Source: a virus
Length of the DNA: 18,886 nt
IMG/VR virus record: IMGVR_UViG_3300045988_146224
Direction: 5' to 3' (one strand)
Positions 12,379 to 18,886 of the stretch are shown here, piece by piece (the first letter of the stretch is position 1; every line of letters begins with the position of its first letter). The notes beneath the pieces were generated by a model. That model made no database searches, was not told where the DNA came from, and was given only the letters and a program-made list of their open reading frames with translations. The position numbers and the translations under genes were made by a program.

Positions 12379-13068
12379 TTAGTCTATTAGCAAATCTTTT
12401 ATTTCTTCTTCTAAATTATTTTCTTTAATCTTATTTCTTATATATTCTACTCTTAAATGTACTGTTGCCCTTGTGAATTTTTTACCTTGTTTTGATTTAT
12501 AGCCGTGGTCATTTAAATACTTAGCTATTTCTGTACAACTCCTACCCTCTGATAATTGATATAAAATTATTCTGTGAATTACATTATAGAACTGATTGCC
12601 ACAACTTACTATTTCATCTACTGTAGTTCGTAAACTACCAAAGTCGTATTCATCATCTATTCCTGTATATCTTTCTAGGATATTTTCTCTTTCGCTATCT
12701 CCGTTATTCGGTAAAATAAAATCTGTAGAATAATCAGACCCAAACTCGTTAACTTTTGTTACTCTGTCGTTATCTCGTAATTTACATGCTAGTTCTCTAA
12801 ACACTATAGTTGAAACAAAAGTATTTGCTCCACTTTTTTCATAGTCTAGTTTATCCCACACTTTAGCTAATTTCAAACATGCAATACTAAAGCAATCGTC
12901 ATAATCTAATCTTAATCTATCAAATCCACTTCTATATTTTCCATAAATTAGTGATACCCTTGAGTGTATGAACTTCACATTCTTTTCACAATATTCGTTA
13001 AAATCATCATACACTATTCTTTCTTTTAATTGTCCTAATTTATCTTTTCTTAATATTACTTTACTCAT
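12379..13068 (-). CDS. Sigma-70-family RNA polymerase sigma factor (regions 2 and 4 only, ECF/group-5-like)
   Basis: 229 aa. Region-2-like: DYDDCFSIACLKLAKVWDKLDYEKSGANTFVSTIVFRELACKLRDNDR. Region-4-like HTH: ILYQLSEGRSCTEIAKYLN...TVHLRVEYIRNKIK, with a ~15-aa insertion. It sits immediately upstream of the late operon. Confidence 0.65.
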   Translation of the reverse strand: MSKVILRKDKLGQLKERIVYDDFNEYCEKNVKFIHSRVSLIYGKYRSGFDRLRLDYDDCFSIACLKLAKVWDKLDYEKSGANTFVSTIVFRELACKLRDNDRVTKVNEFGSDYSTDFILPNNGDSERENILERYTGIDDEYDFGSLRTTVDEIVSCGNQFYNVIHRIILYQLSEGRSCTEIAKYLNDHGYKSKQGKKFTRATVHLRVEYIRNKIKENNLEEEIKDLLID

Positions 13069-13107
13069 TTTTATTCCCCCACTATAACTATATTTTTGAA
13101 TTGCGCA

Positions 13108-13266
13108 TTAATTATTATTGTGATACTTCTTTAAATTTTTACAATTTCCACAAGCATTAATATCATCAATTCCATCGCCAATATTGTAATTAAAGCAATC
13201 CTCACATTTAAAACCAAATATTAAGTATTTTATGCTTCTTAAAAATCTATTAAAAAATATTTTCAT
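13108..13266 (-). CDS. Small CxxC-N14-CxxC zinc-ribbon protein (52 aa)
   Basis: Not in the ORF track. Translation: MKIFFNRFLRSIKYLIFGFKCEDCFNYNIGDGIDDINACGNCKNLKKYHNNN. It fills the gap between the polymerase and sigma genes. The SD is poorly spaced (GAGGAG 14 nt upstream). Confidence 0.35.
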   Translation of the reverse strand: MKIFFNRFLRSIKYLIFGFKCEDCFNYNIGDGIDDINACGNCKNLKKYHNNN

Positions 13267-13319
13267 AAAAACTCACATTTCTCCTCAATATATTCAAATT
13301 ATTCATTGCTTAATATCTA

Positions 13320-15479
13320 TTATCTTTCAAAATAATTATTACTATTAATCATGTATGGTTGCTCTTGGATTATTGTCCCATTTTTTATGATTTTACTTTT
13401 CTTTGATTTTATTAAACCTTTTATCTTTTTTGTACATTCTTTATCTTTATAATAATAAATGTCCTCATCTTTACTATAGTATTCCATGTTTGCTAATTCC
13501 TTTGCTGAATACTCACACATTTCAAAAACAGAAATATCATCTAACTTTTTCATTATTTCATCAGTTAACCCGCAGCATTTGATTTCCCACTCATGGGTTT
13601 TAACATTCTTTTCTGCATATCTTTTTGATCCTAAATACTTAAAATCTTCAAAGCACATTTCATTGTCCCATAAACCGTAAATCTTCTTTCCAATCTCAAC
13701 ACCTTTTACTTGGTCAAGTGTTCCATATAGGTGGAGTGAATCAGTATCACAGTACATAAATCTATCATAATTATTATTAATTGCTTGAACTAAATACTGT
13801 TTTGCCCAACTAGTTATAAATGTTGCCATAGGTAGATAAACTGTATTGCTTGTAATCATTTCGTGTGTGTGTTCAATAGTAAATACACCATCATCATTAA
13901 TGAAATTAGTTATTTCTGAAGCCCCTGCCATACCAAACTTACCATATAACCCGTTTTGCATAAGTTTAGCAAATGCCCTTAATGCCCCCTCATTTTCTTG
14001 CTTTATCTTAGACCAAAAGTCTATATAATTTTTGAATAAATTATTAGTACCTCTAAATGCCATATGACCATTTAACTTATATGCTTTCACATGATAACAT
14101 TCAAAAAGCAAATCTAATAGTACATTTGTTAATCTAAGATGTAATGTTATCTTTTTCCCATCTTTAATATTATTTTTTAAACATTCTCTACCACTAAAAT
14201 ATTTATTGTCCTTTACTCGCAAGAATGCCATTTTATTCTTTTTAACTTCTAAATCATAAACAACTATGTCTTGAATATATAAAGGATATGTTTCTTTATA
14301 TTGTTCATTCATATTTTTATAAGGTACATCCCTATATTGTGGATCGCCATATGGTAATAGTCTTGATGACATTATAAAAGGATATAATGAATTAACATCT
14401 AATACTACACCATTTCTATTTTTTCTTTTACTAAACTTTTTCACATTATCAAATTCAACTGCCGAAAGTCCACCATAGTAAGAATGTCTTTGCCATGCAT
14501 CTGCAAAGTATGATTGTTGAGGGTATAATGCTTCAAACACTATATTACTTAAGCTCTCTTGTACATCTTGTTTACCTTGTAGATTGAAAAATTCTGTTTT
14601 CATCAACTTGCTATCAACCATATCAAAAACACATGTGTCTGTAAAACTATTTTGTTTGTTTAAATAATCTTCTAAAACTGTTAGTTTGTAATTTGCTAAA
14701 GCTTGACCCGAATTTGTAAGTTTAGTGTATCTCACTTTTTCTCCGTTTAAATCTATACCATTTATCTTTAATAACTTTACTAGATAACTTAGCCCATAAA
14801 CATCTTCATAAATGTAGGTCATTTCTTCTTCAGTTAATTCTTCTTGTAGTGTTCTTTCTTTTTCATAATCTAAACCGTCTTTACCTAATTTCAACCCAAG
14901 AAAATCACTACAACATTTCTTCAAACTAAAAGGAGTAAGTTTAAATGTATCATAGAAGTTTATTAAGCCAAATTGACTTGCGATAGTTAGCTTATAAAAA
15001 ATCCCATCTTTCATAACCAAACGATATTCAAACGGGTTTAACTTATTATTTTTCTTATCTGTATTACTATAGTTTAAAACTTCATAACATTTTTCAAATT
15101 CGTTCCATTGCTTTTTAGTGTAAATGTCATCTTGTTTTTGGTTGTTCCCATACCTTGAAACATAGTCTAATATAAATGGCTTAACATCATATAAACAATT
15201 ATGAGCAAATAAATTTATCTCTTTACAGTTAGTGTTTAATAACATGTCATTAAAATTACTAACATTATTGTACCAGTAGCAAACATCACTATCATTATCA
15301 CAACTCATTAAAGCAATTGAGTAAGTTAACATTTCACTTTTATTATTAATTGCACATGCTTCTATATCAAAAGCAAAATTTAAAACTGATTTCTCATCTT
15401 CAGATGATATTCTAGCTTTATTTATATAGTTCATAATTCCTCTTTCTTTAATAGCTTTTAACCTTTCATTTAAATCCAT
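13320..15479 (-). CDS. Protein-primed family-B DNA polymerase, phi29 gp2-like
   Basis: ExoI FDIEAC, ExoII HNCLYDVKPF, ExoIII YIYEDVYG, YxGG SYYGGLS. Motif A is VLDVNSLYPFIMSSRLLPYGDP (phi29 VFDVNSLYPAQMYSRLLPYGEP). Motif B is KLMQNGLYGKFG, motif C is MYCDTDSLHL, and KxY is SKRYAEK. The ATG overlaps the TP stop (TAATG). Confidence 0.95.
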   Translation of the reverse strand: MDLNERLKAIKERGIMNYINKARISSEDEKSVLNFAFDIEACAINNKSEMLTYSIALMSCDNDSDVCYWYNNVSNFNDMLLNTNCKEINLFAHNCLYDVKPFILDYVSRYGNNQKQDDIYTKKQWNEFEKCYEVLNYSNTDKKNNKLNPFEYRLVMKDGIFYKLTIASQFGLINFYDTFKLTPFSLKKCCSDFLGLKLGKDGLDYEKERTLQEELTEEEMTYIYEDVYGLSYLVKLLKINGIDLNGEKVRYTKLTNSGQALANYKLTVLEDYLNKQNSFTDTCVFDMVDSKLMKTEFFNLQGKQDVQESLSNIVFEALYPQQSYFADAWQRHSYYGGLSAVEFDNVKKFSKRKNRNGVVLDVNSLYPFIMSSRLLPYGDPQYRDVPYKNMNEQYKETYPLYIQDIVVYDLEVKKNKMAFLRVKDNKYFSGRECLKNNIKDGKKITLHLRLTNVLLDLLFECYHVKAYKLNGHMAFRGTNNLFKNYIDFWSKIKQENEGALRAFAKLMQNGLYGKFGMAGASEITNFINDDGVFTIEHTHEMITSNTVYLPMATFITSWAKQYLVQAINNNYDRFMYCDTDSLHLYGTLDQVKGVEIGKKIYGLWDNEMCFEDFKYLGSKRYAEKNVKTHEWEIKCCGLTDEIMKKLDDISVFEMCEYSAKELANMEYYSKDEDIYYYKDKECTKKIKGLIKSKKSKIIKNGTIIQEQPYMINSNNYFER

Positions 15480-16300
15480 TAATCATATACTCCTCTCATT
15501 TCATTTAATCCGTGATACTTTCTTAAACTAGAAGTAACTGCATTATAAATTCCAACTTCTACTTTTTCCATGTTTCCCTCCGTAAGACTTTCTTCGGGGT
15601 ATCTGTCCAATAAATCTCTTAACAGTTCTTTTATCCATAAATCTCTTTGTAATGGCGATAAAGAATTGTATTCTGCTCTTATCATTTCTTGCACATATGG
15701 TTTACAACTTAGCTGAATAGTCGGTGATGACATAAATTCATTTTCAAACCATGCGTCGTTTTCTCTACTATCTGTTAATGTTTTGTAAACATTAGCAAAT
15801 TTTATTTGTTTCATATCCTGTTTGAATTTCTTTATCATTTCCCTTTTTGTTTTATTATCTGTAATGACTATATTCTCTAATTTCTGAACTGGTACTCCAT
15901 CATAGAAAAATGATTTCTTATCATAATAAGATAAAAATATATCTTTACCTGTTAAATAATCAACTTGCATTTTTGGTAGACCCATTGTTTCAAGTGCTTG
16001 AAGTGTAATATCAATTTCTTTGTTATACTTTTTAATTACTTGGTTGTATTGGTAATCAATTGAACTCTTATATTTTTTTCTTGCTTTTTCTTCTTTTTTA
16101 ATAGCTGAATTTAAACCTGTAGTAATTTTGTTAATTGCTTGGTTTAGTTGGGTTTTGCTAAGTGTTTTCCCTTGTAAATAGCTTGGAATTGCATAACCCA
16201 GTAATTCATATTTTTTAACTAAATATTTAATTGTTTGTTTACTTGACTTTTTTGAAAAGTCTGCTCTTCTTAAACCACTTAATTGTCGCTTTGCGTTCAT
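15479..16300 (-). CDS. Terminal protein (replication primer), phi29 gp3-like
   Basis: 273 aa against 266 aa as I recall for phi29, directly upstream of and translationally coupled to the polymerase. Basic N-terminus. The C-terminal block TEGNMEKVEVGIYNAVTSSLRKY aligns with phi29 SEGNTVENVEGNVYKILSYLEQY, which holds the priming Ser232. Confidence 0.7.
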   Translation of the reverse strand: MNAKRQLSGLRRADFSKKSSKQTIKYLVKKYELLGYAIPSYLQGKTLSKTQLNQAINKITTGLNSAIKKEEKARKKYKSSIDYQYNQVIKKYNKEIDITLQALETMGLPKMQVDYLTGKDIFLSYYDKKSFFYDGVPVQKLENIVITDNKTKREMIKKFKQDMKQIKFANVYKTLTDSRENDAWFENEFMSSPTIQLSCKPYVQEMIRAEYNSLSPLQRDLWIKELLRDLLDRYPEESLTEGNMEKVEVGIYNAVTSSLRKYHGLNEMRGVYD

Positions 16301-16329
16301 ACTATCCCCCCCATATTTAAGTATATAAC

Positions 16330-16348
16330 AGGGGTAATTACTACCCCT
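16330..16348 (-). other. Perfect 7-bp hairpin AGGGGTA-N5-TACCCCT between the early accessory genes and the TP gene
   Basis: It lies between the MazG-like stop (16354) and the TP RBS. There is no clear U-tract, so terminator function is uncertain. It may be a processing or stability element. Confidence 0.3.
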
Positions 16349-16353
16349 AAATA

Positions 16354-16614
16354 TTACACATGATTAAGTCTTTTTTCTTTGTAATGTTTTATCAAGGCTA
16401 AATCTTCCTCATTAATACACATGTATTTTTTAAACTTCTCCAAGCATAGCTCTACATCAGCGAGTTCTTCCATAATCATTTCTTGTATTTCAATTCTATT
16501 TTTCCTTAATGTTTCATCTGAAACCATATAGCGAATATACTTAGTTAAAGCTTGGGTAAATTCTCCCATTTCCTCAATTGTAATTATAGCTCTATAAACA
16601 AATCTCTCATTCAT
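16354..16614 (-). CDS. MazG-like all-alpha nucleotide pyrophosphohydrolase (86 aa)
   Basis: Paired acidic motifs IEEMGEFTQAL (EExxE) and MEELADVELCL (EExxD) with the spacing typical of small phage MazG-like proteins. GAGGAG RBS. Confidence 0.55.
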   Translation of the reverse strand: MNERFVYRAIITIEEMGEFTQALTKYIRYMVSDETLRKNRIEIQEMIMEELADVELCLEKFKKYMCINEEDLALIKHYKEKRLNHV

Positions 16615-16805
16615 TTTAATAACTCCTCTAAAAATTTTTCGGGAATTTCTCCTCTAAACTCTGTGTTTAAAATATCTAAATAAATATCTTTATCCTCATC
16701 ATTTTCTATATCATAAGATAAACTTAATAAAAATTCATCACTAAAAACTCTCTCTATTGATAAACAATATAATCTTAATTTATAACTTTGCTCTAATACG
16801 CTCAT
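16611..16805 (-). CDS. Hypothetical acidic early protein (64 aa)
   Basis: GGGAGGAG RBS. Start and stop overlap the neighbouring genes (ATGA junctions), consistent with a packed operon. Confidence 0.55.
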   Translation of the reverse strand: MSVLEQSYKLRLYCLSIERVFSDEFLLSLSYDIENDEDKDIYLDILNTEFRGEIPEKFLEELLK

Positions 16806-17005
16806 TTTAATAACTCCTCCCTAATATCTTGTTGGTCAAATAAGAAGTTAACCATATACTCATAATCACTTCTGCTCTTGCAACCGCTGAAAACATAATC
16901 ATAGCATATACTAAATACATCACTAGGGAATAGTTCTTTATTCCCTAGGACATGTCCAACTTTTCTAGAAAGTAAAACAAATGCTACGTACCTATCATCT
17001 GACAT
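16802..17005 (-). CDS. Hypothetical early protein (67 aa)
   Basis: AAGGTGGTG RBS. Packed operon context. Confidence 0.55.
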   Translation of the reverse strand: MSDDRYVAFVLLSRKVGHVLGNKELFPSDVFSICYDYVFSGCKSRSDYEYMVNFLFDQQDIREELLK

Positions 17006-17020
17006 TATATATACACCACC

Positions 17021-17176
17021 TTATTCATCATCACTAGAACTAATATTAACTTCGTCGAAAAAGTCAGTAACGGTAATAATAGGGTCGTCTATAGAGTCGC
17101 CAACAAAAACACTATAGTGTCCTTTATCATCTTCTATTAAAACTTCTAATATTTCTTTTAAATCTTTTACTGTCAT
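17021..17176 (-). CDS. Hypothetical, very acidic early protein (51 aa)
   Basis: Start moved to ATG 17176 (GGAGAGTG RBS, 1 nt after the upstream stop). The track's 17221 start overlaps the upstream gene by 44 nt. Translation: MTVKDLKEILEVLIEDDKGHYSVFVGDSIDDPIITVTDFFDEVNISSSDDE. Confidence 0.5.
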   Translation of the reverse strand: MTVKDLKEILEVLIEDDKGHYSVFVGDSIDDPIITVTDFFDEVNISSSDDE

Positions 17177-17177
17177 T

Positions 17178-17378
17178 TTAAAATACACTCTCCATAACTT
17201 TATTTTCAATTTCATACTCACTCATAAAGCGATAAGGTAATATAGCTTTATGATATTCTCCTCTTATATCTATAAACCTAACTATCAATAATTCGTCCTC
17301 TAGATTCATAGATATGAATCTACAATGTACCTTTGATAATGTTTCCTTTATTATTCTTTCTGCTTTAAATATACACAT
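17178..17378 (-). CDS. Hypothetical early protein (66 aa)
   Basis: ORF with an AAAGGGG/GAGAA purine-rich RBS region. Operon context. Confidence 0.5.
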   Translation of the reverse strand: MCIFKAERIIKETLSKVHCRFISMNLEDELLIVRFIDIRGEYHKAILPYRFMSEYEIENKVMESVF

Positions 17379-17398
17379 ATTCTCAAACCCCTTTTATA

Positions 17399-17533
17399 TT
17401 ATTTAAATTTGTAGTTAGTTGACAATCTTTTTATATTTTTATATTTAAACCTACTACAGTAAGCACACAAATGGTTGTTACCATAATATTCATAACTTGT
17501 TATTTCTCTAAAACATTGCTCACAATGATACAT
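17399..17533 (-). CDS. Small CxxC-N15-CxxC zinc-ribbon protein (44 aa)
   Basis: Not in the ORF track. GGAGGAC lies 5 nt upstream of ATG 17533. Translation: MYHCEQCFREITSYEYYGNNHLCAYCSRFKYKNIKRLSTNYKFK. It fills an otherwise empty 165-bp gap. Confidence 0.55.
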   Translation of the reverse strand: MYHCEQCFREITSYEYYGNNHLCAYCSRFKYKNIKRLSTNYKFK

Positions 17534-17545
17534 TAAAAGTCCTCC

Positions 17546-17731
17546 TTATTTATGATAAACTAATTCATAACATAAGCCATATTCAATAAATAATTCATTA
17601 TCATTTTTAAGACTTAAAACATCCGTCCAATGTTCTATTTCTTCTTCGGTAAATTTACATTCTAATTCTTGATATAATTTAATTATAATAGAAATTAACA
17701 AATTTCTACCATATTCATAACAATAATTCAT
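17546..17731 (-). CDS. Hypothetical early protein (61 aa)
   Basis: ORF with a GGTGAGGA RBS. Operon context. Confidence 0.5.
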   Translation of the reverse strand: MNYCYEYGRNLLISIIIKLYQELECKFTEEEIEHWTDVLSLKNDNELFIEYGLCYELVYHK

Positions 17732-17733
17732 TA

Positions 17734-17943
17734 CTAAAAATCCTCACCAAATCCAAATTTCTCTATAAACATTGTATGCAACATATCATACATTTCTAAC
17801 AAATCTTCATATGATAATTGCTCCAACCTTTTTACTTTTTTAATCACATCACCATCAGTTAGAATACTTGCATCAAAACCAACTAGCCCTGCATGATATG
17901 ATAATATATAGTAACATAAAACTTTCTTATCTACTTCTTCCAT
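17734..17943 (-). CDS. Hypothetical early protein (69 aa)
   Basis: AAGGAGGAATA RBS. The ATG overlaps the upstream stop (TAATG). Confidence 0.55.
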   Translation of the reverse strand: MEEVDKKVLCYYILSYHAGLVGFDASILTDGDVIKKVKRLEQLSYEDLLEMYDMLHTMFIEKFGFGEDF

Positions 17944-18128
17944 TATTCCTCCTTGTCATATTCATCTAATACACCTATTAATAATCTTGAAATTTCACAT
18001 AATTCTAAATGTTCATGAATTAATCTCTCTAATACTTTTTCATTAGTTACTTGACTATACATTTTTTGTAAATGTAATTGATGATAACTAATACTTTCAA
18101 TCAATAATTCTATTTGTCGTCTTGTCAA
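17943..18128 (-). CDS. Hypothetical early protein (61 aa, TTG start)
   Basis: The track ORF 17943-18263 has no RBS at its start, and its first 45 codons are low-complexity (NGNNNRNITVNCVCNG). GGGGGA lies 9 nt upstream of TTG 18128, giving TRRQIELLIESISYHQL... Confidence 0.4.
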   Translation of the reverse strand: MTRRQIELLIESISYHQLHLQKMYSQVTNEKVLERLIHEHLELCEISRLLIGVLDEYDKEE

Positions 18129-18142
18129 CTTTACTCGTCCCC

Positions 18143-18226
18143 CTAAATATCTGTTATAATATATGATACTATTAATAATACCATTACAAACACAATTAAC
18201 GGTAATATTCCGATTGTTATTGCCAT
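18143..18226 (-). CDS. Hydrophobic micro-protein (27 aa)
   Basis: AGGAGGAAG lies 4 nt upstream of ATG 18226, out of frame with the track ORF. Translation: MAITIGILPLIVFVMVLLIVSYIITDI, a single TM-length helix. Confidence 0.4.
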   Translation of the reverse strand: MAITIGILPLIVFVMVLLIVSYIITDI

Positions 18227-18318
18227 TTATCTTCCTCCTCGCAATAATCATGTTCTGAAGCACCTACAAAAAATACAACTATTAAAAAAACTCAATAATA
18301 AATATAGAAAAAATAAAC

Positions 18319-18573
18319 CTAATATTGTTGCCAATGTTTTACCTCCTTATCCTTTACCACAGTTGTGTTATCCTTATAGTTTTCCTTGATTATTCTGTCG
18401 ATATATTCTTTTGCTTTTAATAAATCTTCTTTTCCGTTTTTCTCTTTGTATCTTGTTACATATTTTATAACATTACCTTGCATAAAATCTAAATTATTCT
18501 TTTGACAGAAGTCTATTACGTCAAAGCCTGTACCATAATAACTTGGTTTAGTTTTGTTTTCAAAATTATTCAT
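18319..18573 (-). CDS. DUF3310-like small early protein (84 aa)
   Basis: KPSYYGTGFDVIDFCQKNNLDFMQGNVIKYVTRYKEKNGKEDLLKAKEYIDRII follows the P-S-H/Y-Y ... GN-x-IKY-x-x-R ... DL-x-KA-x-x-Y pattern of that family. TGGAGGTAA RBS. It is the first gene after the right ITR promoter. Confidence 0.6.
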   Translation of the reverse strand: MNNFENKTKPSYYGTGFDVIDFCQKNNLDFMQGNVIKYVTRYKEKNGKEDLLKAKEYIDRIIKENYKDNTTVVKDKEVKHWQQY

Positions 18574-18653
18574 TTTATTACCTCCATTATTTATTACAGT
18601 TCCAATTCATTCCCTTACATACTACAAGGATACGTTGTTTAGTAGTAGTTAAC

Positions 18654-18869
18654 TATTTCCCTTTCCATGATTTAATTATATAACATTTGTACAGAAAATG
18701 CAATACTTTTTGGATAAATATTTGAAAGAAAATATAGAAATATTTCGACAAATATATTCGACATTTATAACACCATAACACGAACATTAGGTGCTTATAA
18801 AAACACGAACATTCGGATTGATTTGTGGGGGGAACGTTCGGCCGGTTGGCTTTCCCAGGGCCATTTTTT
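18654..18869. repeat. Right inverted terminal repeat (216 bp)
   Basis: Exact reverse complement of 18-233. Ends with CCATTTTTT. Confidence 0.9.
18675..18703 (-). promoter_or_regulatory. Right early promoter inside the ITR (identical TTGCAT-17 nt-TATAAT)
   Basis: Mirror copy of 184-212. It points inward toward the - strand early operon that starts at 18573. Confidence 0.6.
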
Positions 18870-18886
18870 AGATCGGAAGAGCACAC
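18870..18886. other. Illumina adapter remnant (AGATCGGAAGAGCACAC), a technical artefact
   Basis: Canonical adapter read-through sequence and reverse complement of 1-17. The leading A fits the A-tail of library preparation, so the genome ends at T18869. Confidence 0.9.

Noticed and set aside
13486-14028. + strand ORFs 13486-13680 and 13846-14028
   Set aside because: They are antisense to the DNA polymerase gene, whose motifs are unambiguous. They have no RBS.
18-18869. ITR-bounded element considered as a transposon, casposon/polinton-like element or linear plasmid
   Set aside because: There is no transposase or integrase. A full virion module is present (scaffold, capsid, connector, collar, knob, appendage and packaging ATPase) together with TP and PolB, which identifies a phi29-like phage genome.
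18-18869. Search for lysogeny functions, tRNAs, rRNAs, CRISPR or defence islands
   Set aside because: I recognised no integrase, CI/Cro-like pair, excisionase, tRNA-like cloverleaf or repeat-spacer array. The genome appears strictly lytic and fully occupied by phage functions.

Overview
The window is a complete linear dsDNA genome of a small phi29-like, protein-primed podophage, very AT-rich by eye and probably from a Clostridium-like low-GC Firmicute host. 17 nt of Illumina adapter remain on each end (1-17 and 18870-18886). The true genome is 18-18869 (18,852 bp), bounded by perfect 216-bp inverted terminal repeats (18-233 and 18654-18869) that begin with A6. Each ITR carries an inward-facing near-consensus sigma-A-type promoter.

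Layout:
- Left arm, + strand (293-2873): small early genes. These include two adjacent disrupted ORFs, a non-coding unit bounded by a terminator, and a bacterial-type OB-fold SSB with a HeH/SAP-like tail.
- Centre, - strand (12142 down to 2929): a late operon syntenic with phi29 genes 7-16. The order is scaffold, major capsid, tail knob (split in two, with the N-terminal piece fused to lysozyme plus NlpC/P60), connector, lower collar, an appendage protein carrying an SGNH esterase, a coiled-coil protein, a small holin-like membrane protein, and a gp16-like packaging ATPase.
- Right arm, - strand (18573 down to 12379): about 11 small early genes (DUF3310-like, MazG-like, a Zn-ribbon, acidic proteins), then terminal protein, a 719-aa family-B DNA polymerase, a second Zn-ribbon ORF and a sigma-70-family factor just upstream of the late operon.

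I found no integrase, repressor, tRNA or CRISPR. The replication and late modules run in the same direction, as I recall for Streptococcus phage Cp-1 and unlike phi29. All homology statements rest on motif recognition and my recollection of the phi29 protein sequences. None has been checked against a database.
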